DNA of 17,448 nt, from positions 1 to 17,448 of the forward strand of contig RDOE01000070.1 of NCBI GenBank assembly GCA_011364975.1, written 5' to 3'. Below are positions 1 to 9,082 of this stretch, piece by piece. The position numbers were made by a program, and so were the translations under genes. The DNA is from Promethearchaeota archaeon. Its GTDB lineage: Archaea > Asgardarchaeota > Lokiarchaeia > Sigyniarchaeales > SOKP01. Numbering within the stretch: position 1 is the first letter of the stretch; each line of letters opens with the position of its first letter. The notes under the pieces were generated by a model. The model made no database searches. It was not told where the DNA came from and saw only the letters and a program-made list of their open reading frames with translations.

Positions 1-1238
1 AATTCATGAGTTTTAGCAACTTTAGAAATGGCAATCATATAAGCTGCATTACGCAATGAAACATTTTTTTCCTGGGCTAATTTCCATACTGTATCAAAAG
101 CTTCTAGTAGAATTGTCTTCATTTCTTGAAAAACCCTATCAATTTTCCAGAAGTACGAATGAATTCCTTGAAGATATTCAAAATATGAAACACATAAAGA
201 CCCTCCATTTGCAAGAATATCGGGAACTACTATAATACCCTTTTTATCAAGAATTTGATCAGCTTGACTAGTTACAGGTCCATCCGCCCCTTCTAAAATG
301 ATTTTGCAATTTACTTTATCAGCATTTTTACTTGTAATTTGATTTTCTATGGCGGCTGGAATAAGAATATCACACTTGATTTCAAAAATTTCCATATTGG
401 ATATTTCATTTATGTTGTTGTCTTCAAAATCTTTAACGCTATTACCCTCTAATTTCCACTCTGATAACTTATTAACGTCTAATCCTTCCGCAGAATATAC
501 ACCCCCTAATGTATCAGAAACAGCTAAGATCTTACAACCATGTTCATATAATTTTTTTGCAATTGTAATTCCTACTGTTCCAAATCCTTGAATTACTATA
601 TTCATTGTATCAATGTTATAATTTAGTTTTTTACATAAAGCTTCAAGGATATAATATAATCCAATCCCCGCAGCTTCCTTTCGACCAACAGTGCCTCCAA
701 TCTCAATTGGTTTACCTGTCACTACACTAGGAATGGATCTACCTTTTTGCATAGAATATACGTCCATAATCCAAGACATAGTTTCCTCATTAGTATTTAA
801 CCCTGGTGCAAGAATATCCATATCTGGTCCAATAATATTTATTATCTCAGCTGTATATCTTCGAGTAAGTTTTTCAAGTTCTCTTTTAGAGATTTGTTTT
901 ATATCAACCTGTATTCCCCCTTTGGATCCACCTAACGGTAAACCTAACAGAGCAGACTTGAAGGTCATTATAAAGGCTAAAGCATTGACATCATCTAATG
1001 TTAGATCAGGAGCATACCGTAATCCCCCCATAGCGGGTCCCCTCAAAGTAGAATGATGAACGCGATAACCAACGAATACTTCTAAAGATTTATCATCCAT
1101 AACAACAGGAATTGAAACCTCTAATACTCTTTCGACTCGTTTCAAATATTCAATCGTGTTTTGATCAAGATTTAGTAGATGTGAAGCTATTTCTAATTGC
1201 TTTTTCCGGGTTTCATATGGATTTGGTTTTGGAATCAT
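1..1238 (-). CDS. gdhA: Glu/Leu/Phe/Val (glutamate) dehydrogenase family protein, 3'-truncated by the window edge, with atypical active-site residues
   Basis: Manual translation from ATG 1238: MIPKPNPYETRKKQL...VGYRVHHSTLRGPAMGGLRY...MTFKSALLGLPLGGSKGG...DILAPGLNT...VTGKPIEIGG...IQGFGTVG...CDILIPAAIENQIT...EGADGP...VVPDILANGGSLCVSYFEY...AYMIAISKVAKTHE. The frame is open to the window edge. GAGGA/AGGA SD upstream. Missing from the ORF track because the stop lies outside the window. Confidence 0.95.
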   Translation of the reverse strand, partial: MIPKPNPYETRKKQLEIASHLLNLDQNTIEYLKRVERVLEVSIPVVMDDKSLEVFVGYRVHHSTLRGPAMGGLRYAPDLTLDDVNALAFIMTFKSALLGLPLGGSKGGIQVDIKQISKRELEKLTRRYTAEIINIIGPDMDILAPGLNTNEETMSWIMDVYSMQKGRSIPSVVTGKPIEIGGTVGRKEAAGIGLYYILEALCKKLNYNIDTMNIVIQGFGTVGITIAKKLYEHGCKILAVSDTLGGVYSAEGLDVNKLSEWKLEGNSVKDFEDNNINEISNMEIFEIKCDILIPAAIENQITSKNADKVNCKIILEGADGPVTSQADQILDKKGIIVVPDILANGGSLCVSYFEYLQGIHSYFWKIDRVFQEMKTILLEAFDTVWKLAQEKNVSLRNAAYMIAISKVAKTHE

Positions 1239-1334
1239 AATTTTTCCTTTTCCTCATCAAATAATATACTATTATTATTAAATAAGTTATACTAAATTAA
1301 ATTTATCCTACTAAAGTTGTATAAGAACTAAATC

Positions 1335-2369
1335 TTATAAATTAATCAGACAATATTCCACGAACTTTAAAGGTTCTAAAGCGCAACCACTGGAATCCAA
1401 TCCACCTAATTGATTTAATAAATTCTCATCAATTTGATTCCCGTGCAACCATAAATCCTTTAAAACCATCAAAGACTCTAATCCTTTTATCTCCTTAATC
1501 TTATTCTTTCCTAAATCTAATGTTTCTAAATTCTGAAGTGTTTCAAGCCCTTCAATCTTTACAATTTCGTTTCCAGAAAGAAATAATTTATTAAGATTAG
1601 TTAAAGAATACAATCCATTAATTCTTTTTATGGAGTTATCTTTTAAATTGATAACTTTTAAATTAACACAGTTATCTAATCCTTTTATTTCTTCGATATG
1701 ATTTCCAGTTATCCATAAAGTCTCTAAATTTTCAAGTTTATCCAAACCCTTTATCTCTTTTATATTATTATCATTTAGATATAGTTCTCTTAAATTAGTT
1801 AAATTTTCTAGCCCTTTAGTCATTGAAAGTTTATTTCCTGCTAAGTTTAAAATCTTTAGATTGGACAATTCTTTCAATCCTCTTATATCACTTAGTTGGT
1901 TCCCAGCAATCCATAAGACCTCTAAGTTTTTTAAATTGTCGAAACCTTCAATATGAGAGATCATATTCCATGAAAGATCCAACTTTTGAACTGAACCTAA
2001 GTTTTCTAATCCTTTTATAGAGTGAATCTGATTGGCTCTTAAGTATAACTCTTCTAAACTTGATAAATATTCAAGACCACCTATTTCAGAAATATTATTT
2101 GATGCTAGGTGAAGAGTTTTTAAATTTAATAAATTATTTAATCCCGAGATTGAATCTATTTTATTACTTCCTAAATTAAGAATTTCTAGGTTCTTAAGAT
2201 TGTCTAATCCCTTAATCTCAGATATATCATTCGAACTTAGCTCCAAATTGAGGATTTTTTCTGAATTAAGACCTTTTATATCAGCAATATTATTTATCTC
2301 TAATAGACCTAAATCCAAAAATCCATTCTTTATTTCATATTTTTCATCCTTATATTCCACGTAATCCAT
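1335..2369 (-). CDS. Leucine-rich repeat protein (SDS22-like 22-aa repeats)
   Basis: About 13 tandem repeats LxLxxNxIxxIxGLxxLxNLxx. The track's GTG (2378) is part of a GGTGA SD lying 5 nt before ATG 2369, so ATG 2369 is preferred. Confidence 0.93.
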   Translation of the reverse strand: MDYVEYKDEKYEIKNGFLDLGLLEINNIADIKGLNSEKILNLELSSNDISEIKGLDNLKNLEILNLGSNKIDSISGLNNLLNLKTLHLASNNISEIGGLEYLSSLEELYLRANQIHSIKGLENLGSVQKLDLSWNMISHIEGFDNLKNLEVLWIAGNQLSDIRGLKELSNLKILNLAGNKLSMTKGLENLTNLRELYLNDNNIKEIKGLDKLENLETLWITGNHIEEIKGLDNCVNLKVINLKDNSIKRINGLYSLTNLNKLFLSGNEIVKIEGLETLQNLETLDLGKNKIKEIKGLESLMVLKDLWLHGNQIDENLLNQLGGLDSSGCALEPLKFVEYCLINL

Positions 2370-2551
2370 AACTTTCACCAGTACTAAAATTTAGGAAGAG
2401 TGTTAATCACATAGCCAACTAAATTAAGAACTGTTAAAATAATTTATTTTCCTTTAAGATAAAGTTTTCAAAATATTATTTAAACTTTAATCAAACCTTT
2501 ATTACATAAATTTAAACTTTATAACAATTCAATTCGTATACTTATTGATAA

Positions 2552-2665
2552 ATGATGATAATATGTCTAAACTGTAGATCCGTCATGCCTGGTCAGAAAG
2601 AGGGATATTATTTTTGTAATGACTGTAATAAGATTACCTTTTTTTGGCCGGTAGTATATAAATGA
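2552..2665 (+). CDS. 37-aa CxxC-x13-CxxC zinc-ribbon microprotein
   Basis: MMIICLNCRSVMPGQKEGYYFCNDCNKITFFWPVVYK*. Two CxxC pairs. TATA-like TTTATAA at 2518-2524, about 30 nt upstream. Sits in an otherwise empty intergenic gap. Confidence 0.72.
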   Translation: MMIICLNCRSVMPGQKEGYYFCNDCNKITFFWPVVYK

Positions 2666-2688
2666 TAAAGATATAATTTAATGTAATT

Positions 2689-2758
2689 AAAAAAACCTAA
2701 TGAATGAAATATACATGTAAAATATAGATGTGTATTGACAACCCTGCAAGGGTTTAGG
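2689..2758 (-). terminator. Putative structured terminator of the longin gene
   Basis: On the minus strand just after the stop: CCTAA...TTAGG closing stem, an internal AACCCT/AGGGTT hairpin (2740-2754), then T7 (2695-2689). Confidence 0.45.
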
Positions 2759-2763
2759 AGATT

Positions 2764-3747
2764 TCACTTGGTAGCCGCATAATATTTCTCAATATTGTCT
2801 TCCATATTTAAGATTAAATCAATAATTCGATTAATTTCCTTAAGGGGAAGCCTATTAATATCTATTAAACTTCTAGTTAAAGCAATATGTTTATTATACA
2901 CCACTGTTGCTGCAAAATTCTTTAATCCTGAACTAAATGCGTATAAATTAGTGTATACTTCCCGAAAGTTAGCTTTTGTTAGGTATTTTGAATCTGTTTT
3001 ATCTAAAATCTCTCCTAATGATTTTTTAGTTTTATGCAAATAGTGATATAGCTTGACCTTTCTTTCTTCTATTTGGAAGTAAAGGATTCTAGCTAATTCC
3101 TTATATTTTTCAGTGTTTACTAAATCATCAAGTTCTTCAGAAATTTCTACAATTTTCTTACTTAAGCTGTATTTTTTCACTACGTTTTTTTCATTTAAGA
3201 ATTTAATTTCTAACTTTTCTCTTTTTAGAAGAAGTTCATTTTTCTCTAGTTCTTTTTGCTTTCGAAGCCGTTTTGAGAGTTCTCCCCTCTGTTCATAAAC
3301 CGGTTTTAGATAGCCCTCCCATTTTTTTTGTCCCTTGTCAATATCAACTAATTTTTTTTGAGACATGATAAGCTTATTTATTTCCCTATCGAAACTTTTA
3401 AATCTCTTTGAATCAAGATTCGTTGAAATGAACAACTCAGAAGAGCCCCAAACAATTCTTTTCAATTCTGATGTAATTTTTTTAATAATTTTGCTGTCTT
3501 CTTTGTCTGCAATAATTACAAGATCAATATTTACTTCATAAATAACAATTACAAATGCAGTAAAATTACCTAATCCTATTGTTTTTAAATCTTTTAATCC
3601 TTCAATGGCTAACTCTGATAAAAATAACTTAAGGGCACTAAATAGATTACCAAATAAGTCCATTTGATATTGTCTTTCGATTAGAAGATCTTTTTCATAT
3701 AAAAGTATCCCCGAATCTGAATGATAAATAAATAAATAATATAACAT
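2764..3747 (-). CDS. N-terminal longin-like domain protein with a helical/coiled C-terminus
   Basis: MLYYLFIYHSDSGILLYEK...DLFGNLFSALKLFLSEL...LKTIGLGNFTAFV...IDLVIIADKED matches the beta-beta-alpha-beta-beta-beta-alpha longin pattern. The C-terminal half is charged and helical. Confidence 0.7.
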   Translation of the reverse strand: MLYYLFIYHSDSGILLYEKDLLIERQYQMDLFGNLFSALKLFLSELAIEGLKDLKTIGLGNFTAFVIVIYEVNIDLVIIADKEDSKIIKKITSELKRIVWGSSELFISTNLDSKRFKSFDREINKLIMSQKKLVDIDKGQKKWEGYLKPVYEQRGELSKRLRKQKELEKNELLLKREKLEIKFLNEKNVVKKYSLSKKIVEISEELDDLVNTEKYKELARILYFQIEERKVKLYHYLHKTKKSLGEILDKTDSKYLTKANFREVYTNLYAFSSGLKNFAATVVYNKHIALTRSLIDINRLPLKEINRIIDLILNMEDNIEKYYAATK

Positions 3748-3922
3748 AATTGAAATCTTTACGATATATTTAATACCCTATAAGAATATATCAATTCTAT
3801 TTTTTTAAGTCTTTATATACTTCCTTTTTTTATTTACTTAGGATTAGCGAAATTTACTTTAAGATTCCAATAACCTTTTATTTTTAAATTAATTGATTCA
3901 AATTAGGAAATTAACGTTTTTT

Positions 3923-4798
3923 ATGAGTACGATTATGGAAAATACAGATAAACAAATTGAGGAAAAAATACAATCAAATCTTAAGAAAGATAAAAATTTT
4001 GGATTATCCAATATAAAAACTTATGTAATTAATGGATTTGTCACGTTAGAGGGCTCTATTATTTCATTATGGCATAAAACACGAGCAGAAACAATAACAA
4101 AGACTGTTGCTGGGGTAAAAGGGATTACAAATAAACTAAAAATAAAGCCAAAACAATCAGAGCTTCTAAAGGAGTTAATGAGTGAGTCCATTACAAATGA
4201 GAAATTACGCTATGTTGTTGATGCTCATCTTTCTAAAATTGAATGTTATTTTGGATTAGTAGGTGTTTCATTTGCTATAATTTTCATCATTTTTGCAGCT
4301 CTGGTAACCCCAGGTTATAATCCTCTTGTAAATACTGTAAGTGAATTGGGGCAGGGTATCGCAAAAACGTTATTTAGTATTGCTTTTGTCTCAAGTGGGA
4401 GTTTATCTATACCATTTATATTATATCTTGAAAAAACTTTACTTGGGATAAATGAATTTGTACGAAGAATCGCTACAGCAGTTGCTATAATTAGCGCAGT
4501 TAGCGTAGCATTGGTTGGTATCCTTCCTGATCCTGAAAATCCAGATGCATTCAAGGTTTTTCATGGAATTGTCGCAGTCAATGCATTTTTCGGATCGGTC
4601 ATCAATATATGTCTCTATTCTTACCTAATGATGAAGAGTAATGAGTATAAAAAATATCATGTAGTAATCGGGTTCGCCACTGGATTTGATTTACTATTAC
4701 TATTAATTACTTTAATTAACCCTTTAGTGGAATGGATATTGACAGTTAATATTATGCTTTGGATAATAGTAACCTCAATTAAATTAATTCGAAGTTAA
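3923..4798 (+). CDS. BON domain fused to a DUF998/Frag1-like multi-pass membrane domain
   Basis: TDKQIEEKIQSNL...NGFVTLEGSI...AETITKTVAGVKGITNKLKI is a BON pattern. It is followed by ~5 TM helices with PGYNPLVNTVSELG and a conserved His (FHGIVA), typical of DUF998. Start is ATG 3923 or 3935 rather than TTG 3893. Confidence 0.78.
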   Translation: MSTIMENTDKQIEEKIQSNLKKDKNFGLSNIKTYVINGFVTLEGSIISLWHKTRAETITKTVAGVKGITNKLKIKPKQSELLKELMSESITNEKLRYVVDAHLSKIECYFGLVGVSFAIIFIIFAALVTPGYNPLVNTVSELGQGIAKTLFSIAFVSSGSLSIPFILYLEKTLLGINEFVRRIATAVAIISAVSVALVGILPDPENPDAFKVFHGIVAVNAFFGSVINICLYSYLMMKSNEYKKYHVVIGFATGFDLLLLLITLINPLVEWILTVNIMLWIIVTSIKLIRS

Positions 4799-4829
4799 CT
4801 TTTAAAAATAATGTTCCTTACTTAAGCTT

Positions 4830-5537
4830 ATGACTGAAGCATTATATATGAATGACTCCTACTTGAAAAAATGGGATGCTAATGTTAAATCTGTAAAAGA
4901 GGATAAATATATTTTACTTGACAAGACAGCATTCTATCCGAAAGGAGGGGGTCAACCATGGGATGAGGGTTTTATAACTCGGAATGGGGAAAAATTCAGA
5001 GTGGTATATGTAGGAAAATTCTCTGGAGAAATTAGCCATGAAGTAGATAAACCTGGGTTAAAAGAAGGGGATAATGTATCTTGTGAACTCGACTGGGAAC
5101 GGCGATATACTTATATGAGATATCACACTGCATGCCATCTAATTTCGAATATACTTTACCATAGAGCAGATGCAAAAATTACTGGAAATCAGATCGAATT
5201 AGATAAGTCACGAATGGATTTTTCAATGGAAGATTATTCTCCAGAGAAATTGAAAAGCTTTATTGACGAAGCAAATGAAATAATAAAGAAAAATCTCCCT
5301 ATTACCATAGATTATATGTCACGAGAAGAAGTTCAACAAAATCCCGAACTTGCTCGTTTAGCCATAGGCTTACCACAAGATATAAATGAATTTCGGATTG
5401 TAAGAATAGGAGATTTAGATGAACAAGTAGATGGCGGGACGCATATAAAGCAACTGCAAGAAATTGGTACCATTGAGCTCTCTAAAACTGTCAATAAAGG
5501 TGCTCAAAACAGGCGAATGTATTTCATTCTTAAATAG
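4830..5537 (+). CDS. alaXM: Free-standing alanyl-tRNA editing protein AlaX (AlaX-M type)
   Basis: LYMNDSYL, TAFYPKGGGQPWDEG, LDWERRYTYMRYHTACH (HxxxH), DGGTH and NKG..NRR motifs; 235 aa. Confidence 0.95.
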   Translation: MTEALYMNDSYLKKWDANVKSVKEDKYILLDKTAFYPKGGGQPWDEGFITRNGEKFRVVYVGKFSGEISHEVDKPGLKEGDNVSCELDWERRYTYMRYHTACHLISNILYHRADAKITGNQIELDKSRMDFSMEDYSPEKLKSFIDEANEIIKKNLPITIDYMSREEVQQNPELARLAIGLPQDINEFRIVRIGDLDEQVDGGTHIKQLQEIGTIELSKTVNKGAQNRRMYFILK

Positions 5538-5650
5538 AATAAAAATACTTCTTCTTAATATCCCCGAAGCCCTAATTGGTTGATTTTAGTCAACATAAAA
5601 TATTAAACAGATTGCTATGTTATAATTAGGCTCATTTTAAAATCGTAATA

Positions 5651-5690
5651 TTCGAACTTTGCGAAATATTTCGAAGGTATATCTAAAAAT
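5651..5690 (+). promoter_or_regulatory. Conserved 40-bp upstream element, copy 1
   Basis: TTCGAACTTT GCGAAATATT TCGAAGGTAT ATCTAAAAAT; 32/40 identical to the copy at 10451; ends 103 nt before ATG 5794. Confidence 0.75.
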
Positions 5691-5793
5691 ATGTTTTTGT
5701 GATACAAATCAGATAGCACCACTTTAAACAAGTAAATTGTTGCTGGATTCAATTTAATAATAACTAAATTATAAAGAAAAAAAGGTTTAAAAA

Positions 5794-7110
5794 ATGAAAA
5801 TAAGAACAAAATCAAGTTTAATAATTGGAGTTTTTGTTTTTGCCATGATATTTGGAGTCTTTACTTTGATTATCATGCCAACTCGTGCTGATTCACATAC
5901 TTTTATTGTTTTTCCATCAGGGGGAGATGATACAGCAAATATTCAGGCAGCGTTCGACGCGGCAATCGCGGCTGGTCCAGGAAGCACGGTTCTGTTAACT
6001 TCGGGACAATTTTATACTAATGAGATTTATATTGAAGACTTCTATGGTACATTTAAAGGAGCTGGTATAGAACAAACTAAAATTGATGTGCTTAGAGGAT
6101 TTGATCCAACAGCACCAGGAGTTTACGGTCCGATGGGTACTCATATATTTAGATTTTTAAGAGGAGATGTCTCTATCTCAGACTTATACTTTGATATTAC
6201 TCCTTATGAGCCTGCTGAACCATGGGGACTCGGATGGGTCGATTTATTATCACCTATTTTAATGACTGGAGAGCTAAATTCCCGAATTGAAAATGTTAGA
6301 TTCACAGGACACGAAGGGACTTCAACTTATGATCCTGGTCATCCACTATATCTAGTAGAAAGTTATAATGTTCGAGCCGGAGTTGTTTATGGGGGGGGTT
6401 TAATAACAACTGGAAATCATCTTATCACTAAATGTGAATTTGACTCACTATGGTTAGGTCTTACGGCATATGGGTTAATGAATGCTGAAGTGAAAATTAA
6501 GTCAAATTCAATTACAGGGGGAGCTATTGGAATAATTAATGCCGAAAATGACAATTCAAAATTTGAGATTTCTCATAATGAGATTGAAACAAGATTTTTT
6601 GGTGGTATTTGGGTTATGCAACCCCCTCCAAGAGAGCCCTCTCAGTGGCTTATAACTCATAACATTATAAGAGTCTTATCTCTTGATGCCGATGGTATAG
6701 CTTTAATGGATTATTCACCAGCTAAATCACTCGAGGCAGTTATCTCCCATAATAAAATCATGTTAGATGATGCAAACTGGGGAGGCATTTGGACTTATGG
6801 GTTACAGGATGCTTTTATCTCTAACAATATTATTTGTGGTAAAGGAGAATATGGTATAGCATGTGCATTTGCCTATAATAACTTATTACTTGGAAATAAC
6901 GTTCAAAATGTTGATGCTTACTGGGCTTCAGTTGCATTAATTTTTGCGAGTGGATGTGTAGTTGTTGGAGGTTCTACAAAGACGAATGTATTAGATATCG
7001 GTGGTGATAACAATATTATAGTCGGAATTAGTAATATGCAGGGTACTTCGCCAGGTCCAGAAATCCAAGAAGCAATGGAACAAAAAAGAGCGATTTTTAA
7101 ATTATTCTAA
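5794..7110 (+). CDS. Secreted right-handed parallel beta-helix (pectin lyase-like) protein
   Basis: Basic plus hydrophobic signal peptide ending TRA-DS. PSGGDDTANIQAAFD...TVLLTSGQF N-cap motif. Repeating ISHNEI/ITHNII/ISHNKI/ISNNII PbH1-like coils. Confidence 0.85.
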   Translation: MKIRTKSSLIIGVFVFAMIFGVFTLIIMPTRADSHTFIVFPSGGDDTANIQAAFDAAIAAGPGSTVLLTSGQFYTNEIYIEDFYGTFKGAGIEQTKIDVLRGFDPTAPGVYGPMGTHIFRFLRGDVSISDLYFDITPYEPAEPWGLGWVDLLSPILMTGELNSRIENVRFTGHEGTSTYDPGHPLYLVESYNVRAGVVYGGGLITTGNHLITKCEFDSLWLGLTAYGLMNAEVKIKSNSITGGAIGIINAENDNSKFEISHNEIETRFFGGIWVMQPPPREPSQWLITHNIIRVLSLDADGIALMDYSPAKSLEAVISHNKIMLDDANWGGIWTYGLQDAFISNNIICGKGEYGIACAFAYNNLLLGNNVQNVDAYWASVALIFASGCVVVGGSTKTNVLDIGGDNNIIVGISNMQGTSPGPEIQEAMEQKRAIFKLF

Positions 7111-7115
7111 TATTT

Positions 7116-7149
7116 TAGGATTAGTAAACACTATTCCTACTTTTTTTTT
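7116..7149 (+). terminator. Hairpin plus T9 terminator
   Basis: TAGGATTAGT-AAAC-ACTATTCCTA (9 of 10 positions paired), then C and T9, beginning 6 nt after stop 7110. Confidence 0.7.
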
Positions 7150-7337
7150 ACTATTTAATTAAAACAGGTTATGAGCTAGATGTAAACTCTCGATCATTTA
7201 TGCAACTTCGAATTAAGTTTTTCGTAAATTTTTATGAATTAATGATCAAAATATTTATTTACAATTCCGTCTAATTATTATTTTACAAAACCAATTATCA
7301 ATCCAATTCTTTATTGAAAAAAAAAGTGAATTGTAAA

Positions 7338-9077
7338 TTGTGTGTTGAAAATAAAGATCCCAATAAAAAAAAGATCAAAAGGAAAATCTTCCTACGAAGA
7401 AGACCCTTTATGGCCTATGGAACAATTGCAATTGTGGCTATAGCTGGAATAATTGGTGGCTTATTTCTCTTCATGGACATCCAAGATAATACAGAATCAA
7501 TCTTTATCTGTGGTTTAAAGGATGCGCCAAATTCCATTGATCCTCTTAAGAATCCAACTCCAAAATATGTCAATCTTATGGTAATTGATCAAGTTGCGGA
7601 AGGTTTATTTGATTACGATCAGAATCAATCCAATACCCCTATTGTTCCTAACCTAGCATTAGATCAAGAGTGGAGCCCAGATTATTTAAATTTCACTTGT
7701 AATTTAAGAAACGACGTTAAATTTCATGATGGAATGCCTTTTAATGCCACTGCTGTTAAATGGAATTTTGATAGGATTCATAGATTTATATATACCATGC
7801 CCTCTGTTTATACTCAAGTTTGGACTTATTTGTTTATAAATCCAGAAGGAAGACAATACATAAATAGAACGGAAGTAATTGATGAATTTACTGTAAGGTT
7901 TGTATTAAATCAACCCTATGCTCCCTTAAAAGAATTATTTGTTCTCTGGAACACATATATTCTTTCTCCAGCTTCTACTCCTGAAGATCGATTTATTGAT
8001 ATTAAAACGGAAAAATTAGTTGGGACAGGTCCTTATATATTAGATTCGTGTGAGTTAGATTATAAAAGTGAGAGTATTAAAACAGACTTCCATTCCAATC
8101 CAGATTATTGGGGTGGTGAGCCATCCATTGAAAAAGTGACTTTCTTAGCGTTAAATTATTCACAAAGATTTGATAAAATGATCTCTGGTGAGCTTTCATA
8201 TGTGATGGGTGATGCTGATGACAGTTTGCTTGAAAATTACAGAAACCACCCCGAAATTACTGTAGTATCAAAACCAGTCGCAGGAATATGGTATCTTCAA
8301 ATGAATAATAATCTTATAAATGCAACAATGAGGAAGGCAATATCTTATGCCTTGAATTATACCGACTGTATCGAAAAAGTTCAAGGAAACCATGCTGAAA
8401 GAGCCAAATCGCCTTTGCCAAAAAAAATGCGTTATGCAAATTGGGAGAATCTTGATATGCCCTATTATAATATATCTATAGCACGTGAAATATTAAAAAA
8501 TGCAAGTTGGCCTGGTACATCTGCTTTATCTTCAAATGATAATATGAGTCCTGGAAATGAGTGGGAGCTATTAGCAACCAGCACTACTCCTCTTAGCATA
8601 CATAACTTCTCCGTTGTAGCAAATAGGGAATTTCACCAAATAACAGCTAAAATAGTAAGAGAAAATCTGAAACAAATTGGAGTGAAAGTTAATATTATAA
8701 ATATGACAGGTGTGGAATGGTGGCAAAAATTGATTAATGGTGAGTTAGAATTTACTTTCACTGGATATAATGCCGCTTTTCTTGACCCGGTGGAAATGAT
8801 TAATCCCTTATATTCAAATGGAATTGATGGTAATTATAATACCATCCACTTTAATGATTCATTAATACAACAATGGATGGAGGAAGCTCTGGTAGAATTT
8901 AACGAAACTGCAAGAGAAATTTTATATTTAGATATACAACAACGCCTTGTTGAACTTAATCCAGTAGTTTGGTTATATTCTCTTGTAAATTATGATATAT
9001 GGGATTCAAAAGTTAAAGGCCTTCCAACGGGAGGTGCTCCAATCAAGTTTATGCTAAAATATGCATCTTATAATTAG
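7338..9077 (+). CDS. ABC transporter substrate-binding protein, family 5 (OppA/DppA-like), N-terminally membrane-anchored
   Basis: SIDP, VPNLA, LRNDVKFHDGMPFNATAVKWNFDR, VGTGPY, NPDYWG and MRKAISYALN motifs. Basic N-terminus plus TM anchor. TTG 7338 is preferred (AGTGA SD, aligns with the paralogue's start); TTG 7314 is possible. Confidence 0.92.
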   Translation: MCVENKDPNKKKIKRKIFLRRRPFMAYGTIAIVAIAGIIGGLFLFMDIQDNTESIFICGLKDAPNSIDPLKNPTPKYVNLMVIDQVAEGLFDYDQNQSNTPIVPNLALDQEWSPDYLNFTCNLRNDVKFHDGMPFNATAVKWNFDRIHRFIYTMPSVYTQVWTYLFINPEGRQYINRTEVIDEFTVRFVLNQPYAPLKELFVLWNTYILSPASTPEDRFIDIKTEKLVGTGPYILDSCELDYKSESIKTDFHSNPDYWGGEPSIEKVTFLALNYSQRFDKMISGELSYVMGDADDSLLENYRNHPEITVVSKPVAGIWYLQMNNNLINATMRKAISYALNYTDCIEKVQGNHAERAKSPLPKKMRYANWENLDMPYYNISIAREILKNASWPGTSALSSNDNMSPGNEWELLATSTTPLSIHNFSVVANREFHQITAKIVRENLKQIGVKVNIINMTGVEWWQKLINGELEFTFTGYNAAFLDPVEMINPLYSNGIDGNYNTIHFNDSLIQQWMEEALVEFNETAREILYLDIQQRLVELNPVVWLYSLVNYDIWDSKVKGLPTGGAPIKFMLKYASYN

Positions 9078-9082
9078 TACTA

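Noticed and set aside
349-1056. Track ORFs 349-591(+) and 691-1056(+)
   Set aside because: Antisense shadows of the dehydrogenase gene.
2479-2521. Direct repeat TTTAAACTTTA (two copies)
   Set aside because: Low-complexity AT sequence, explainable as TATA elements of divergent promoters.
1823-4554. Track ORFs 1823-2020, 2795-3043, 3113-3298 and 4315-4554
   Set aside because: Antisense to well-supported genes, with no motifs.
5564-5570. Isolated CCGAAGC half-site after alaX
   Set aside because: Lacks both the upstream TTCGA half and the ATCTAAA box, so it was not counted as a copy.
5615-5815. 66-aa minus-strand ORF
   Set aside because: Low-complexity translation lying over the conserved cis-element and the start of the beta-helix gene.
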